DNA of 64,000 bases from NCBI GenBank assembly GCA_951406725.2, contig OX597822.1, forward strand, positions 55,924,001 through 55,988,000, read 5' to 3'. The notes under the pieces were generated by a model. It was not told the origin of the DNA. It worked only from the letters and a program-made list of their open reading frames with translations, and ran no database searches. The DNA comes from Octopus vulgaris (lineage: Eukaryota). Every line of letters begins with the position of its first letter. Position 1 is the first letter of the stretch. Position numbers and translations under genes: made by a program. Below, in pieces: positions 41,614-53,638 of this stretch.

Positions 41614-41693
<80 letters not shown>

Positions 41694-41744
41694 ATCAGTA
41701 TGTATTTATGTGACTCTATGTGTGTGTGAGATTGTACTTATATA

Positions 41745-41918
41745 GAGGGGACAAACAAGGACAGACAAAAAGATTAAGTCGATTATATCGGCCCCAGTGC
41801 GAAACTGGTACTTTATTTATCGACCCCGAAAGGATGAAAGGCGAAGTTGGCCTCGGCGGAATTTGAACTCAGAACGTAACGGCAGACGAAACACGGCTAC
41901 GCATTTCGCCCGGCGTGC
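41745..41918 (-). mobile_element. SINE family A
   Basis: Matches other copies. Confidence 0.85.
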
Positions 41919-42657
41919 ATCAGATTGTACTTATATATGTATATATGAAGGTAGGTACGTATGTATATGTATACACTACAATCAATCAGGAAGTCTTCCA
42001 TTTCTTCAAGTATTTTACCACCCAAGAACCCAACCAACCGACTAGCCAGCCTACCAGGCAAACAGCAAGTGTTCAGCACATAGGAAACTGCTGCCACATC
42101 ACTTTTTATATCATCCCTCCATTCGAACCATGTAAGTAACAACCACAGTAGCCGCGAGCATCATTAATATTAATAACTGTGGTTGTTGTCATTTTAGAGA
42201 AGTGAAAATTGTTAAGTGAATTGGCATTTGGCCATGCTATAATTCCTATAGCGTTATTTCTGTCATAGTAAAATGCTGGATGGTTTCCATATAAGCGACA
42301 AATCATTATCTAAATCCGCTGTTTAGTACCTGACATGGCCTGAACAACCACGTACTGAATTGTTGCACGCACGCATACACACACACACGCACATGCACAT
42401 ACACACACGTAAAGAAACATATCGGGCTTTCACAAACTTATACACTCAACGTTTGTCTTTTCCACGTATACAATTATTACCTCTAACTGCGACACACACA
42501 CGCCCATGTGCGATAAAATCGGAATAACTTTCTTAAACTTCAATTTTATAAGCTGCAGTTTTTTTTTTCCTAGCGGGTATTTAAAAAGTTGTTTTGAATT
42601 TTCTATATTGCTTTTTACTTCTCAGTATGTCCCCAGCTTCATTGCATCAACAACAGT

Positions 42658-43055
42658 GGAGGCGCAATGGCCCACAGTGGTTAGGGCAGTAGACTCACGG
42701 CCGGAGAATCGCGGTTTCGATTCCCAGACCAGGCGTTGTGTGTGTTTATTGAGCGAAAACACCTAAAGCTCCACGAGGCTCCTGTAGGGGGGGGGGCGAC
42801 CCATGTTGTACTCTTTCGCTCCAACTTTCTATCACTCTTTCATCCTGTTTCTTATCCCCGACTTCCTATGCAACCGCTGAGTCTGGATGCGCATTCAGTC
42901 ATCCGTCGATGCTCTCGGTATCGAGGGTTGACCCGATTTCTCTTCTGCGGGTCTTACGAATAGCAAAGGACCACGTTTCGGACTTCTCCCACAGGGACGA
43001 AGACCGCTTCGCTCAACAGCATCAACAACTTGTAGCGGTCGCTCCAAGTTCTTAC
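42658..43055 (+). mobile_element. tRNA-headed element (SINE family C) with a GC-rich extension
   Basis: A box TGGCCCACAGTGG and B box GGTTTCGATTCCC. Confidence 0.7.
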
Positions 43056-43237
43056 TGGGTATCTTTCACATCTGTCTATGTGTTGAATTTATCTCCATTC
43101 CTTCTCTCCATCGGTTTTGTTTTATCTATGCTTATAGAACTACTAATTTCTCTATACCTCTCTATATAAGTTTGTATGTGTGTGTGTAAAAGCGCACATT
43201 CCTATATATATATATATATATATGTACTATTTTACGC

Positions 43238-43608
43238 GTTTACTTGTTTCTGTCATTTGACTGCGGCCATGCTGGAGCGCCGCTTTTAGTTGAGACAATC
43301 GACACCAGGCCCTATTCTTTGTAAGCCTAGTACATATTCTAACCGTCACTTTTGACGAACTGCTAAGTTACATGGACATAAACACACCACCATCGGCTGT
43401 CAAGCGATGTTGGGAGGACAAACAAAGACACACAAACATATATACACACATATACATATATACATATATATACATATATACGACGGGCTTCGTTCAGTTT
43501 CCGTCTACTAAGTCTACTCACAAGGCTTTTTCGGCCCGAGGCTATAGTAGAAGACAGTTTTCCAAGGTACCACTTAGTGGGACTGAACCTGGAACCTACT
43601 TACCACAC
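43238..43608 (-). mobile_element. SINE family B
   Basis: Reverse-complement homologue of 46299-46700. Confidence 0.85.
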
Positions 43609-43804
43609 GACAAGGTATAATTTATGGTATTTACATATTCCTTTAATGTCGCAAATTCTACTTACAGCTGTTTCCGATTGCCATTATAGGTTCGTTCCTC
43701 GATGTTTTATACAATCGGACTGTTGATCGATTAGGGAGAATTGAACAACCTTAAAGAGCTAATGCTATTTTCACCAGAGTCAGTACTTTATGTATGTATA
43801 TATA

Positions 43805-43852
<48 letters not shown>

Positions 43853-43879
43853 CTTATTAAAATATCATAACCTATAACA

Positions 43880-43980
43880 TATAACTGATGAAGGCTGGAG
43901 GATATATCAGCCGAAACGTTGTGTTAACAACGAACAAGATGAGGATTAATATCCGTCAAATGTAAATAATGTAAATAATA
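43880..43980 (+). ncRNA. Penelope pLTR-type fragment with a hammerhead core
   Basis: CUGAUGA-A-GGCUG-GAGGAUAUAU-CAGCC-GAAACGUU; helix I not clearly formed. Confidence 0.55.
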
Positions 43981-44037
43981 TATATATGTATGAATATATA
44001 CATGATATATACGTACAGAATTTAGGTTAGAATTTAA

Positions 44038-44240
44038 GGCGGCGAGCTGGCAGAAACGTTAGCACGCCGGGCGAAATGCTTTGCGGTTTTTCGTCCAAAT
44101 TCCACCGAGGTCGATTTTGCCTTTCATCCTTTCGGGGTCGATAAATTAAGTACCAGTTATGCACTGGGGTTGATGTAATCGACTTAATGTCCTTGTTTGT
44201 CCCCTCTATGTTTAGCCTCTAGTGGGCAATAAAGAAATAA
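44038..44240 (+). mobile_element. SINE family A, internally deleted at the B box
   Basis: Matches 4827-5040. Confidence 0.88.
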
Positions 44241-44308
44241 GCATTTAGGTTAGTTCAAATATGTTTGTCACATATTTCAAATGCTAAAGGCAAATACACT
44301 TCAGTTAC

Positions 44309-44444
44309 CGTGGGGGTGGTGGTAAATAAAACCTCTCTTATGGTAAAAATGTGTGAGGACATCCAGTCTGTCCAGTGTCGCCATCCCTCGGGAATCTCAG
44401 ACACCGATGTTTCAAGTTTTTTGACTCTTGTAAATGAGATGTAC
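44309..44444 (-). CDS. Candidate internal exon of an unknown gene
   Basis: Acceptor ttttctctcttAG, donor GTAACT, 136 nt, single open frame YISFTRVKKLETSVSEIPEGWRHWTDWMSSHIFTIREVLFTTTPT. Confidence 0.4.
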
Positions 44445-44484
44445 CTAAGAGAGAAAACTCCGAACGAACTTAAGTATGTAGTAT

Positions 44485-44556
<72 letters not shown>

Positions 44557-44566
44557 TATACTTTCA

Positions 44567-45219
44567 ACAACAATTGAGGAAGGGCTTAATAGGCCATTCG
44601 ACCCACTAGAAAGAGCAGCCAGGACTCAAACTGCCAAGTAGTAGTAATTCAGAAATTAAAGGAAAATTTAAAAACATTTACCCTAATTCATCTTTAGACA
44701 ATGCATTGTTTCGGTGTTTTTAATGTTAAACCAGCTTAATTAAATTAAATTAAGTCAATCCACCAAAGGCTACACCTCATCGGTAAAGAGGCCAGGGGAG
44801 ACGGATATACACGAGGCATCTATATCTATGCCCTAGGAATATCTGCCCTAAAATTTTCAAAACCATCGTACTCGCGCCAACTTATCAGCAGCAAATATAA
44901 ACTGCTAATTCAATTTCAGAATTAGTCAGAAAATCATCAATTAATCAATATAAGGTAGCAAAAAATTCAATTGAAATTTATCGCCACCAGCGGTCTAGTG
45001 AGAAAGAGAAAATAGTCAAAGACTATATATATAAATTAAACAACAATGGAGGAATGGCCTTAATAGGCCATTCGACCCACTAGAAAGAGCAGCCAGGACT
45101 CAAACCGCCAAGTAGTAGTAATTCAGAAATTAAAGGAAAATTTTAAAACATTTACCCTAATTCATCTTTAGACAATGCATTGTTTCGGTGTTTTTAATGG
45201 TAAACCAGCTTAATTAAAT

Positions 45220-45224
<5 letters not shown>
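44567..45224 (-). mobile_element. 474-bp-period tandem element in (TA)n, relative of the 512-bp hammerhead element
   Basis: Direct repeats ~44567-44750 / ~45040-45224; collinear shared motifs including CTAGACC.CTGGT; hammerhead-like fold. Confidence 0.75.
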
Positions 45225-45267
<43 letters not shown>

Positions 45268-45489
45268 TAATATACGTATATAATATATATATATATATAT
45301 AATATATGTATATAATATACATATATATATAATGTATGTATGTAATATATATATGATATATATATATATGGTGTATATATATATTTATATATATATTATA
45401 TATATAATATATATATGTATATATGCATATATTATATATCTAATATATATATATTATATGTATAATATATATATATATTTTTATTTGTG

Positions 45490-45905
45490 AATTAAGGTTA
45501 CCCACACCTCTTTGTTTTCGCGGCAAGAATGCTACCATTACACTAGCGCACAACCAACTCCATTCCGTCAGATTTAAGAACTATAATTAGTCCATAATGT
45601 TGTTTTGGAAGCAAACTTTCATGTGCTCTTACTGCGATGGCTTATGTTGAACAGCGTCGATTTTTACAATTCTGTAAATAATAATAGTAGCATTTTATAA
45701 GCTTAAAGCATATAAGCGATCACCACGCAATGAATAAAGAATGGTAGCAATTTTGTCGCGAAAACAATGAGGTGTGGGTTCGAGTCCTACACGTACGGGA
45801 AAACCTACATTTTTTCCGTTGAGGGCTTATATGTCCCATTCTTCAGTTATTGCGCGGTGATCGCTTATAAGCTTTCAGCAAATAAAATACTACTACTACT
45901 ACTAC
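45490..45905. mobile_element. Element with two inverted tRNA-like segments and an internal inverted repeat
   Basis: 45500-45552 (minus; A box TAGTGTAATGG) and 45740-45800 (plus; B box GGTTCGAGTCC); IR ~45685-45731 / 45849-45895. Confidence 0.6.
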
Positions 45906-45906
45906 T

Positions 45907-45948
<42 letters not shown>

Positions 45949-46298
45949 ATCTCTTGACTCGAGTTTGACATCAGTATGTTGCTCAGGTGGCAACTGTTAC
46001 AATATTTGTACTCGTTGGCATGTGGGATTTTGCGTACTTTTACTTGCTCATTAGCTGTTACTTCTCTGTCTCGTCATATTTTATGTTGTCTGATCTGTGG
46101 CAAGTTGTTTATTCTTCTATATGCCGACGACTTGCCGTGTTTCACTTTGTGACTAATATTTCTCAATTCCTCTATTATCGTAAATGTAGGCAATTATGCG
46201 GATAAACATATCAATTATAACAGCTTGGGTATAAAATGCAAAATATGAATATATGTATAAATACAAAACGAGAGAAACCAAAAAGTGGAAACTTCCAT

Positions 46299-46700
46299 AC
46301 GCAGGAGTGGCGGTGTGGTAAGTAGCTTTCTAACCAACCACATGGTTCCGGGTTCAGTCTCACTGCGTGGCATCTTGGGCAAGCGTCTTCTGCTATAGCC
46401 CCGGGCCGACCAATGCCTTGTGAGTGGATTTGGTAGACGGAAACTGAAAGAAGTCTGTCGTATATTTGTATATATGTATGTGTGTGTACATGTTTGTGTG
46501 TCTGCGTTTGTCCCCCTAGCATTGCTTGACAACCGATGCTGGTGTGTTTACGTCCCCGTCACTTAGCGGTTCGGCAAAAAAGACCGATAGAATAAGTACT
46601 GGGCTTACAAAGAATAAGTCCCAGGGTCGATTTGCTCGACTAAAGGCGGTGTTCCAGCATGGCCGCAGTCAAATGACTGAAACAAGTAAAAGAGAAAGAG
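46299..46700 (+). mobile_element. tRNA-derived SINE family B, full length
   Basis: A box TGGCGGTGTGG, B box GGTTCAGTCTC, central CATCTTGGGCAAG domain, internal microsatellite and A-rich tail. Confidence 0.88.
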
Positions 46701-47533
46701 AAAAAGTATAAATATATCGATATTTATATTGATAGATCCAACTTACACAGACCACAAACGACAGAGAAAATTAAAGGGGGTGGGGAGAAAGATGTTATAA
46801 TCCAACAGCTGTTTCTGGCGGCTCGGAAATCCATCATAATGTTGGTAGATGTAGTTCAATCAAAATATGCGGCCGTAGTGGAAGCGATCTACTTTGGATA
46901 AATAAAGCTTGTTGTAAATAGGATCGATTTATCCAACGTTGATCAATTGTAAATATTGTTAATATGTATATATGTGTGTGTGAGTGTGTCTGTCTGTGCG
47001 TGTTTGCGCGCGCGTGTGTTTGTGTGTGTGTGTGTAGTGTGTGTGTGTGTGTATACACATGTATGCATCTTAGCCGTATTGGTAATCATTAATATCGCTT
47101 TCTTTCTATCAATCTCTCTCTAAAACCGAAACTATGGTCTTTCATTTTCTCTCTATAAATTAACTTTCGGTTTAAATGTAGGTTATTTATACAATCAAAT
47201 TAATTAAGGACATATGTTCTTAATTAGTTTTATAGTTCTATTGTCTTAATTAAAAACAAATCCCTTTAATTCGTTTTACAGTTAAATTCACACACAACCA
47301 TGTCATTAAAATTTCCTAATCCTAACTTAAAGGAAATTCTGACTTACAGAACCTTATCAACAATATTTACAAAGATAACACAATATATATCAAAGCAAAC
47401 TTGATCGTAAAACATAAAACATTTATCAGAGTAACAAATAAATTGAGAAGAGTAAAACACATTAAAAGTATGTCCTGACATCAACAAATACAAAAAAAAA
47501 AAAAATTAACAACACGATGCAAAATATAACCAA

Positions 47534-47916
47534 CGAGCAAAATGCCCCCCATCCAATGGACGGTGCTGAGTTGTCAAAAATTGAAACCAAATTTTTTCAA
47601 AACAACTTGTCCAACCGTTCCATAGACCTCCCCTTTGAGAAACACTGATTTAAGCTAAATTTGTGACACCAAACAGGCCGGCTTTTTTGCGCAAACTGCA
47701 CATGCATTTTTCTCGCGTACGTGTAATATCGATTGCAACAGCTGATGTACTTGCGCGAACATGTGCACGTTCCCACGGCTTTATCGATTTTTGTAATTTT
47801 TTCAAGACTTATACAGGCGGTATCTACATAACAAATCTGAGCGCAATCGGATGGAGGATGCCCGAGAGCCTAGAAGACACTCACACAGACAGACAGAACG
47901 GATTTTATATAATAGA
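47534..47916 (-). mobile_element. Helitron family H2, copy 2
   Basis: Same termini and hairpin as 39626-40186. Confidence 0.8.
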
Positions 47917-48699
47917 TAAGGAAACAAAACTAACAGTCAATAGGCAAGTGCAAAAACCAAAACACTTAACGGAAACAATAAATAAACACATACCCTATCC
48001 GACGAAGAAATTTAGCATCAAAATGATTGTAATGGCATGAAACTCGAATCACGAAACAAATGTTCAAATTCAGTACATCATATCGAGCGCCAGCCCTGCA
48101 CCCACCCCATTTGTTTGCAACAGTTCAACGTTTGCTTATACACACGCGTACGCACGCACACACATGGAGAATGAGATGTATATATATATATATATGTGTG
48201 TGTGTGTGAACGCGTAATATATATATATATATATATACAGATATAACAGAAGTAAATAAACACGCTATAAAACATCGTTTTATGTTTATTCTAACTAGTA
48301 AAGGTTTATGTTATTTATTAACTGAAATTCTTATGTTTCAGGTTCTGTATGTGACTGTTTAATTATGCCACGTACAAAAGAAACATTGGAATTGTCAAAA
48401 TTTCAAAAAGCCCATATTGTCGGTCAATCTGAAGTGGACATACTCTACAATTAGAGTAATTGTACACTTCACCAGAGAGGCGAATGAGTCCAAATCACCT
48501 CACCTGGGTTAACCACGGTTCTGTGACAGGAACCTTCTCTTCGTTAAGAGAAGTGTGGAGGATAGTCCTCGTTGCATGGCATCTGACATAGCAGAACGCA
48601 TTAATAGCAGTCCCAGAACAGTTACTATGGTAGAGCAGCAAGAAGGAAACCATTTCTTTGACTGGATCGCGCTAGTGAGATGGTGGAGAGCCTACTAGC

Positions 48700-50676
48700 A
48701 ATTTAGGACAGTCATATTCTCCAGTAAGTCTTTATCAGGAAATGTGGCCAGCAATTGGAGAAGATTTAAACGAAACCATTTGAAATATTCAATTGCCAGT
48801 CGACTCTCAAATGAAGTCGATACTGAATATCAAACTTCTGTATTTCTGGCGAATATTGGGGAAGACTGTTTTGATACACATGAAGGACTACAATTTGACG
48901 ATGAAGAGCAGAAAAATGGCCTATCTGAAATGATTAACAAATTCGAGGAATTTTAAGATTATGAGACTTATCAATTCCACCTTCGGAAACAAGGGAATTT
49001 CGAGAACATAGAAACCTACATAGCTGTCTTGCGCCAACTTGCAAAAATCCATTTCACAAGACCAAATAATTAAAAAAGGGTATCAACATAAAAAGAAGAT
49101 GCCTGAGAGAAAGTGCATGCGGTGTGGAATGTTCACATTTCACAATAGAGATGACTGCCCCGTCCCAGCAGTAAGATGCAAACGGTGTTCGAAAATAGGA
49201 CACCACGCAACTGTTTGAAAACATTTTTCAAGAGTTAGGGGAGTTGAAGAGGAAAGAACATTATTTCTTAGGTTATGCTTCTTTAGAAAATATAAAAATG
49301 CAGTTTGTGAAGACAATGAAATAGAACGGCAAGCAAAAATAGAAGTCACTACCAAAGTCTGCAGCATAATTGTCGAATTTAGACTGGATACTGGCGCAGA
49401 TGTGGCAGTAGTACCCGACCGGTTCTTCAGGAAGAATTCTCCAATAATAAAACCGACAAACAAAAGGTTATATGGACCAGGTCAACATAAAATAAAAGTA
49501 CTTGGACGCGTAGATGCCACATTGAAAGCAACGTCACAACAGGAACTGTACGTTGTTCAAGACTTAGCTGAACCATTATTGAGTAAAATCAATATGATTA
49601 ACACTGACGGTCTCCAATACAAAAAAGACTTCCCCAGGCCTAGGGAAATTGAGGCATGTATACAAAATTCACTTGGAAGAAACAGCTCAACTTTTCTCAA
49701 TCGCAGCCCCCAGACGACTACCACTTCCCATGAAGAAGAAAGTCCAGCAAGAGTTAAAGCGATTAGAAAAAGAGAAAATTATCCGTCCAGTGAAGTCCCC
49801 GACAGACTAGAGTGCTCCCACTGTAGCGGTCCCGGAGAAAGTTGAAAGAGTCAGACTTTGTGTCGACTACTCTAAATTAAACGAAAGTGGGAAAAGGGAA
49901 AAATGTCCACTTCCTTCAACTGATCAACTTCTTGCTGAACTTGAAAGAGCCACAGTGTTAATGAAACTTGACCGTAACTTTCCTTACATCATATGGACGA
50001 TTCTGTTCTTTAAGATTACCCTTCGGAATAAGCTCCGGACCAGTAATTTTCCACAGAGAAATGTCACACATAGTGCCAGGAATACCAGTGGTCCTTTGTG
50101 ATATAGGTGATGTCCTGGTCAGTGGAAAAACACAAGACCACGACCAGAGGGTACAAAAGATACTACAAAGAATGAAAGCAGCATGAGTAACACTAAATGA
50201 AAGGTGTTTATTCCCTGCTAGTGAGGTGAAATTTCTGAGTCATATAATATCCAAAGAAGGAAGCGAGTAGATCCTAAGAATGTAAAAGCAATAAAGGAAT
50301 TTACCAAACCACAAAATGTGTCTGAGTTAGAAGGTTGCTCGGTATGGCAAATTCGTTGAGAATTTAGCAAAGATGACCAAACCACCCCGGGATCTACTAA
50401 AACAGAAACTACTTGGATATGGGACAAGCCTCAAGAAACTGAGCTCAGCAGATGCATCCTCCTATGGCTTGGGTGAAGTGCTTTTTCTAAAGGAAGGAGA
50501 TGGCTGGAGACTTGTATTCTATGCATCGAGATCTCTCACTGAGCCAAAGCAGAGATATTCACAGGTTAAGAAGGAAGCATTAGCAGTCACATGGTGTTGT
50601 GAGACGTTTGCTGAAATGGAAAGTACAAATGGAAACGATAGAAAAATTGAAAAAAATTGAAAACATTGTGAAGATT

Positions 50677-50680
<4 letters not shown>
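48700..50680 (+). mobile_element. Degraded Ty3/Gypsy LTR retrotransposon internal region (gag, protease, RT, RNase H)
   Basis: NVASNWRRFKR gag, CKRCSKIGHHATV knuckle, FRLDTGADV, VRLCVDYSKLN, RLPFGISSGP, ADASSYGLG, YASRSLT..QRYSQ.KKEALA. Confidence 0.92.
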
Positions 50681-50748
<68 letters not shown>

Positions 50749-51258
50749 TATAAAATATATACATACATACATACATACATACATACATACATACATACAT
50801 ACATACATACATACATACATAAGTGTGTTCTTTTGTTTGTATGTATGCATATGAAAAAAATACAAATGTTAGGGATAGACAGATGGAGACAGAAAGATGG
50901 AAAGTGTCTGTAGCAACGTGTGTTCCATACACATAGATATACATGTATATCTATGCGCGTACAGACACGTATATTTATGTACATATAACCATAAAAGTCT
51001 ATGCATTTACATATACTCACGTTAATATATTGTATCCAAAAGCTTGTCTGCATAACACACAGATTTTCTGCATATATGTCTGTGCATCAAAGTTTACGTA
51101 TTTATCCATATGCGTATATACATAAGTCTGCAGGCATATGCATGTGAATGTTCATACAAGGTTGATGTGTCTGATAAATCGACACACAATAAGCTACACA
51201 TATATACAAGAATACAAATATAAAGTCATAAACAAAATCAGAAACACACAGACAAACA

Positions 51259-51318
<60 letters not shown>

Positions 51319-51569
51319 ATGCGAACATGCCTACATGATCGCGTTTAATTAGCGCATATTATAAGAAGAGAATTTCAATCATTCTCAATAATTATCTAAT
51401 TACCAATTGTTATTCACAAATTATGGGAACAGTTCAAGAATGCAACGACTGAAGGTTTTCACGAAATAGAGGGAACGATATAATGCCCAACTACTGAATA
51501 ATTTCAATAGTTAGTCATTAAGGGGACCACCTATTGAAAGGTAACATCGTTAATTTCAATATACATTCA

Positions 51570-51639
<70 letters not shown>

Positions 51640-51929
51640 TGTATGTATGTATACACTATGTGTGTATACTTATGTATGTGTGTGCGTATGTGTATGTGTG
51701 TGTTAACTGAATAGGTATGGCTGAAACGCTTTTATGGTCGCTGTGTTATAATTTTTGTTGTGAGTTTACTGAAAAGATAAATAAAAATTATATAGATATT
51801 CTTGGTACAGATAATACAAACAATGCATTTGAAATAATTATTTTATGCAGAATTATCATGATTCAAAATTAAACAAATTGACAATCACATTAGTAGTTTA
51901 TGACTCACTCACAGAACCAGAAACAAAGT

Positions 51930-52470
51930 TAATAGATGCGTGAACAGGTGGGAGGAGACGGGAGATTATGGTTCCATGATAGGAGAGTTACGGATAAAGG
52001 ATCAGTTTGGAGCACATCTAGTGAGGTTATCTTTGATAACCTCCGATCATAAACCATGACGTAACTGTAATTTCCGGTGGACTTACAGGTGTTTTGCAAT
52101 CATTGGATGTAAATATCAATAAATAATTAAAGAACACGACGAGAATGCAGTGGAATAATTGTTTGCGTGACGCAGAAAAAACATGCACAGTAGGTGAGCT
52201 TCATCACTATCTCTGATCAGTGAATAGATCGTTAATTCATAGAAGGAAATAAAGCCCGATATTATAATCAAAATCGTGTAAGAAATGTGAATATTTTGAA
52301 GGCATTAGATTTTATAGAAAGCGATTATCTATGCGACAGCATGGAGGAAAAGTGGACGATACGCCTTCAAGTAAGGACAGAGAATATAAAGATTATCCTT
52401 ATGATATTATTCATCCTGAATGATATCGATGTTGAAGATAAGAGTATGAATTTTGGAGCAGTTTAATGAA
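51930..52470 (+). mobile_element. pogo/Tigger-like DDE transposase remnant
   Basis: DQFGAHL and VISGGLTGVLQSLDVNINK match the pogo motif IPGGLT..LQPLDV..NKPFK. Confidence 0.75.
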
Positions 52471-53476
52471 TTTGTGTGTTTGAAATGCGTAAGCTATACC
52501 ATGTAATTGCAATTAAAAGTTCTATAAAATTTCTAAATATTTTTCATGCATAAAAAAAACATGCTAATTCATTTTTGTTTATAATGACACTATTATTTTC
52601 GTTTTCGTTTTATATTTAATATTCTTAAGCTGCATTGAATTTATTAAAAATAAAATTGCCAGAACGAAAATGGGAGTATCTAATCCAACCATGAAAAAGA
52701 AAATCTTGTTAGTGTTGGTTGCTTCTTGCAAGGAGTTATATCTTTATTTCTTTTCTCAATTGTGGTATTTAAACCTTTCAGCTTCATTGAATTAAATTGA
52801 TTTCTCTGTGTTGAGGATATCTCATTTGCAGCAATGGAAGTTTACCCGGCAATAGAATGTTGGAAACTGTTCTATTTGATAATCCGTTTCTGATCAATGA
52901 ATCTAAGCTAAGCACTTAAACAACAATAGTCTCTTCTTATTTACTTTTAGGAGTCAAATATACGCAGGGAACTTTATCATGTGATATTCATGGACAAAAT
53001 ATATACGAGCGAATGCAAGGTTGAAGTATATAACAAACTAAATTATATTTCTTGACTATTTTCAAGTTATGTCGCTATAAGAATCCTGAAAGGGAAATTT
53101 ATATAATTTATTTTTGAGGATCCATGACTTGTGTGACATCAATATATTTTATTGAAGTAGATACACAAACATTGGAAAAATACGAATTTATGATGCATGC
53201 GTTGTTTTGTCTTCTTTATTTTCCTGTTTGTATCATTATTTAGTTGACATTATGGATATAAGTATGCCCATACACAAACACACATAGACACACGCACACA
53301 TACACACATATACACATATTTATTAGTATTACTTCGCATAGGCAGAGCGTTACTAATAAGCTGGCTTTAGAACTCAATATACATGTGCTTCAAAATAAAG
53401 CGTCAGTCGAGCAAGAACAGTAATAAGAGATTGAATAACGGACGAGAGAATAAGAAATTATGCAATGAACTTCTTT

Positions 53477-53557
53477 AGCTTACACCTGTTTCGACTATAA
53501 GATGCAATGTATTCATAGTTGAATGCTTGTGTATCACACTATAGCTTCATCAGAGCT
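53477..53557 (-). ncRNA. Type I hammerhead ribozyme motif with a long helix II loop
   Basis: Minus strand: AGCU-CUGAUGA-AGCUAUAG..UUAUAGUC-GAAAC-AGGU-GUA^AGCU. Confidence 0.65.
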
Positions 53558-53558
53558 C

Positions 53559-53627
<69 letters not shown>

Positions 53628-53638
<11 letters not shown>

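Larger units (their letters stand above)
40636..41616. mobile_element. Young hammerhead-containing non-autonomous element: 512-bp unit x1.2 plus inverted copy, in (TA)n
   Basis: 40636-40992 is the reverse complement of 41174-41530; direct repeat 40991-41104 / 41503-41616. Confidence 0.9.

Noticed and set aside
45740-45800. Functional tRNA-Ser(CGA) gene
   Set aside because: No intact acceptor stem or A box in this copy, G at position 33 and no long variable arm; treated as a tRNA-derived repeat.
48000-48400. LTR and primer-binding site of the Gypsy remnant
   Set aside because: No second LTR or clear PBS is visible to define boundaries.
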